NCBI GenBank assembly: GCA_934141555.1
Contig: CAKPCK010000003.1
Coordinates: 6,510-70,509 of the forward strand
Direction: 5' to 3'
DNA from: an uncultured Clostridia bacterium
Lineage (GTDB): Bacteria; Bacillota; Clostridia; TANB77; CAG-508
Length of the DNA stretch: 64,000 nt
The position numbers and the translations under genes were made by a program. The notes beneath the pieces are model-generated. The model was given only the letters and a program-made list of their open reading frames with translations. It searched no databases and was not told the origin of the DNA. Shown in pieces: positions 63,535-64,000 of this stretch (within the stretch, counting starts at the first letter, position 1; every line of letters begins with the position of its first letter).

Positions 63535-64000
63535 ATGGAAAATGAAAATTTAATCATTAAAGATGATATATCTAATGAAGAAATAAAAAATTTAATATAT
63601 ACAATAAGAGGAAAACAGGTTATGCTAGATAGTGATGTAGCAATGCTATATCATTATCAAACTAAGAGAATAAATGAAGCAGTAAAGAGAAATAAAGAAA
63701 GATTTCCAGAAAATTTTTGCTTTCAATTAACGACAGAAGAAATTGAAAATATAAAAATGCCAAATGAAGTTTTGAATTTTAAAAGTGAAAATAACTGGTC
63801 GCAATTTGCGACTAGTTCTAAAAGTGAAAATATAAAACATAGAGGAAAAAAATATTTGCCATATGTATTTACTGAACAAGGAATAGCAATGTTATCAGGT
63901 TTATTAAAGAATAATATAGCTGTTCAAGTAAGTATAAATATTATGAATGCTTTTGTAGAAATGAGAAAATTTCTAATACAAAATGGACAAATATTTGAAA
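63535..64000 (+). CDS. ORF6N-domain (KilA-N-related) protein, 3' end beyond window
   Basis: Manual translation from ATG 63535: MENENLIIKDD...IYTIRGKQVMLDSDVAMLYHYQTKRINEAVKRNKERFPENFCFQLT. This is the typical ORF6N N-terminus, open to the window end and not in the ORF track. Confidence 0.7.
   Translation, partial: MENENLIIKDDISNEEIKNLIYTIRGKQVMLDSDVAMLYHYQTKRINEAVKRNKERFPENFCFQLTTEEIENIKMPNEVLNFKSENNWSQFATSSKSENIKHRGKKYLPYVFTEQGIAMLSGLLKNNIAVQVSINIMNAFVEMRKFLIQNGQIFE

Overview
This is a 64-kb chromosomal window from a very AT-rich, spore-forming Firmicute that looks Clostridia-like (spoVT, gerQ-like coat gene, uninterrupted pro-sigma-K, SLH-anchored protease, sortase-C pilus). I call about 65 protein genes, almost all on the + strand. 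The backbone is housekeeping and translation: tcdA (partial), prfB with its +1 frameshift, aspartate kinase, PBP1A, cysS, argS, rsmA, fmt, yqeK, rsmE, efp, hisS, deoD, rdgB, pta, two tandem ackA, pfk. RNA genes are one tRNA(CAU) and a probable 6S RNA. Metal homeostasis is represented by a Ca/Mg-type P-type ATPase and an ArsR/SmtB repressor (paired operators) followed by a split HMA protein and a CPC-type P1B ATPase. Surface genes are a sortase-C pilus operon, a thioester/CnaB adhesin whose sorting signal is cut off, and an M6-like protease with three SLH domains. I saw no rRNA, CRISPR array, transposase, integrase or clear prophage. Five things deserve a second look. (1) Single-gene cassettes with visibly higher GC, each with a consensus sigma-A promoter and an intrinsic terminator, sit between conserved housekeeping genes (after fmt, after efp, before and after hisS). 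A T-rich cassette of the same layout, not hand-counted, follows gerQ. All encode proteins I cannot assign. (2) A receiver-less LytTR regulator with direct repeats abutting its promoter, two small membrane proteins and two tandem fused MacB-like ABC ATPase-permeases lie directly downstream of the pilus operon. (3) A 58-aa very acidic peptide ends in a tail with 5 Cys in 13 residues, just after efp. (4) An accessory block contains an HD 5'-nucleotidase-like protein, a divergent Ham1-like NTP pyrophosphatase, a coupled 41-aa hydrophobic ORF, a VOC protein, RhuM and several unknowns. (5) Smaller oddities include a frameshifted ABC permease, a long AT-rich hairpin in the metal operon, perfect palindromes in 5' leaders, and promoters nested between a stop codon and its terminator. 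All functional calls rest on motif recognition by eye; no searches were run.
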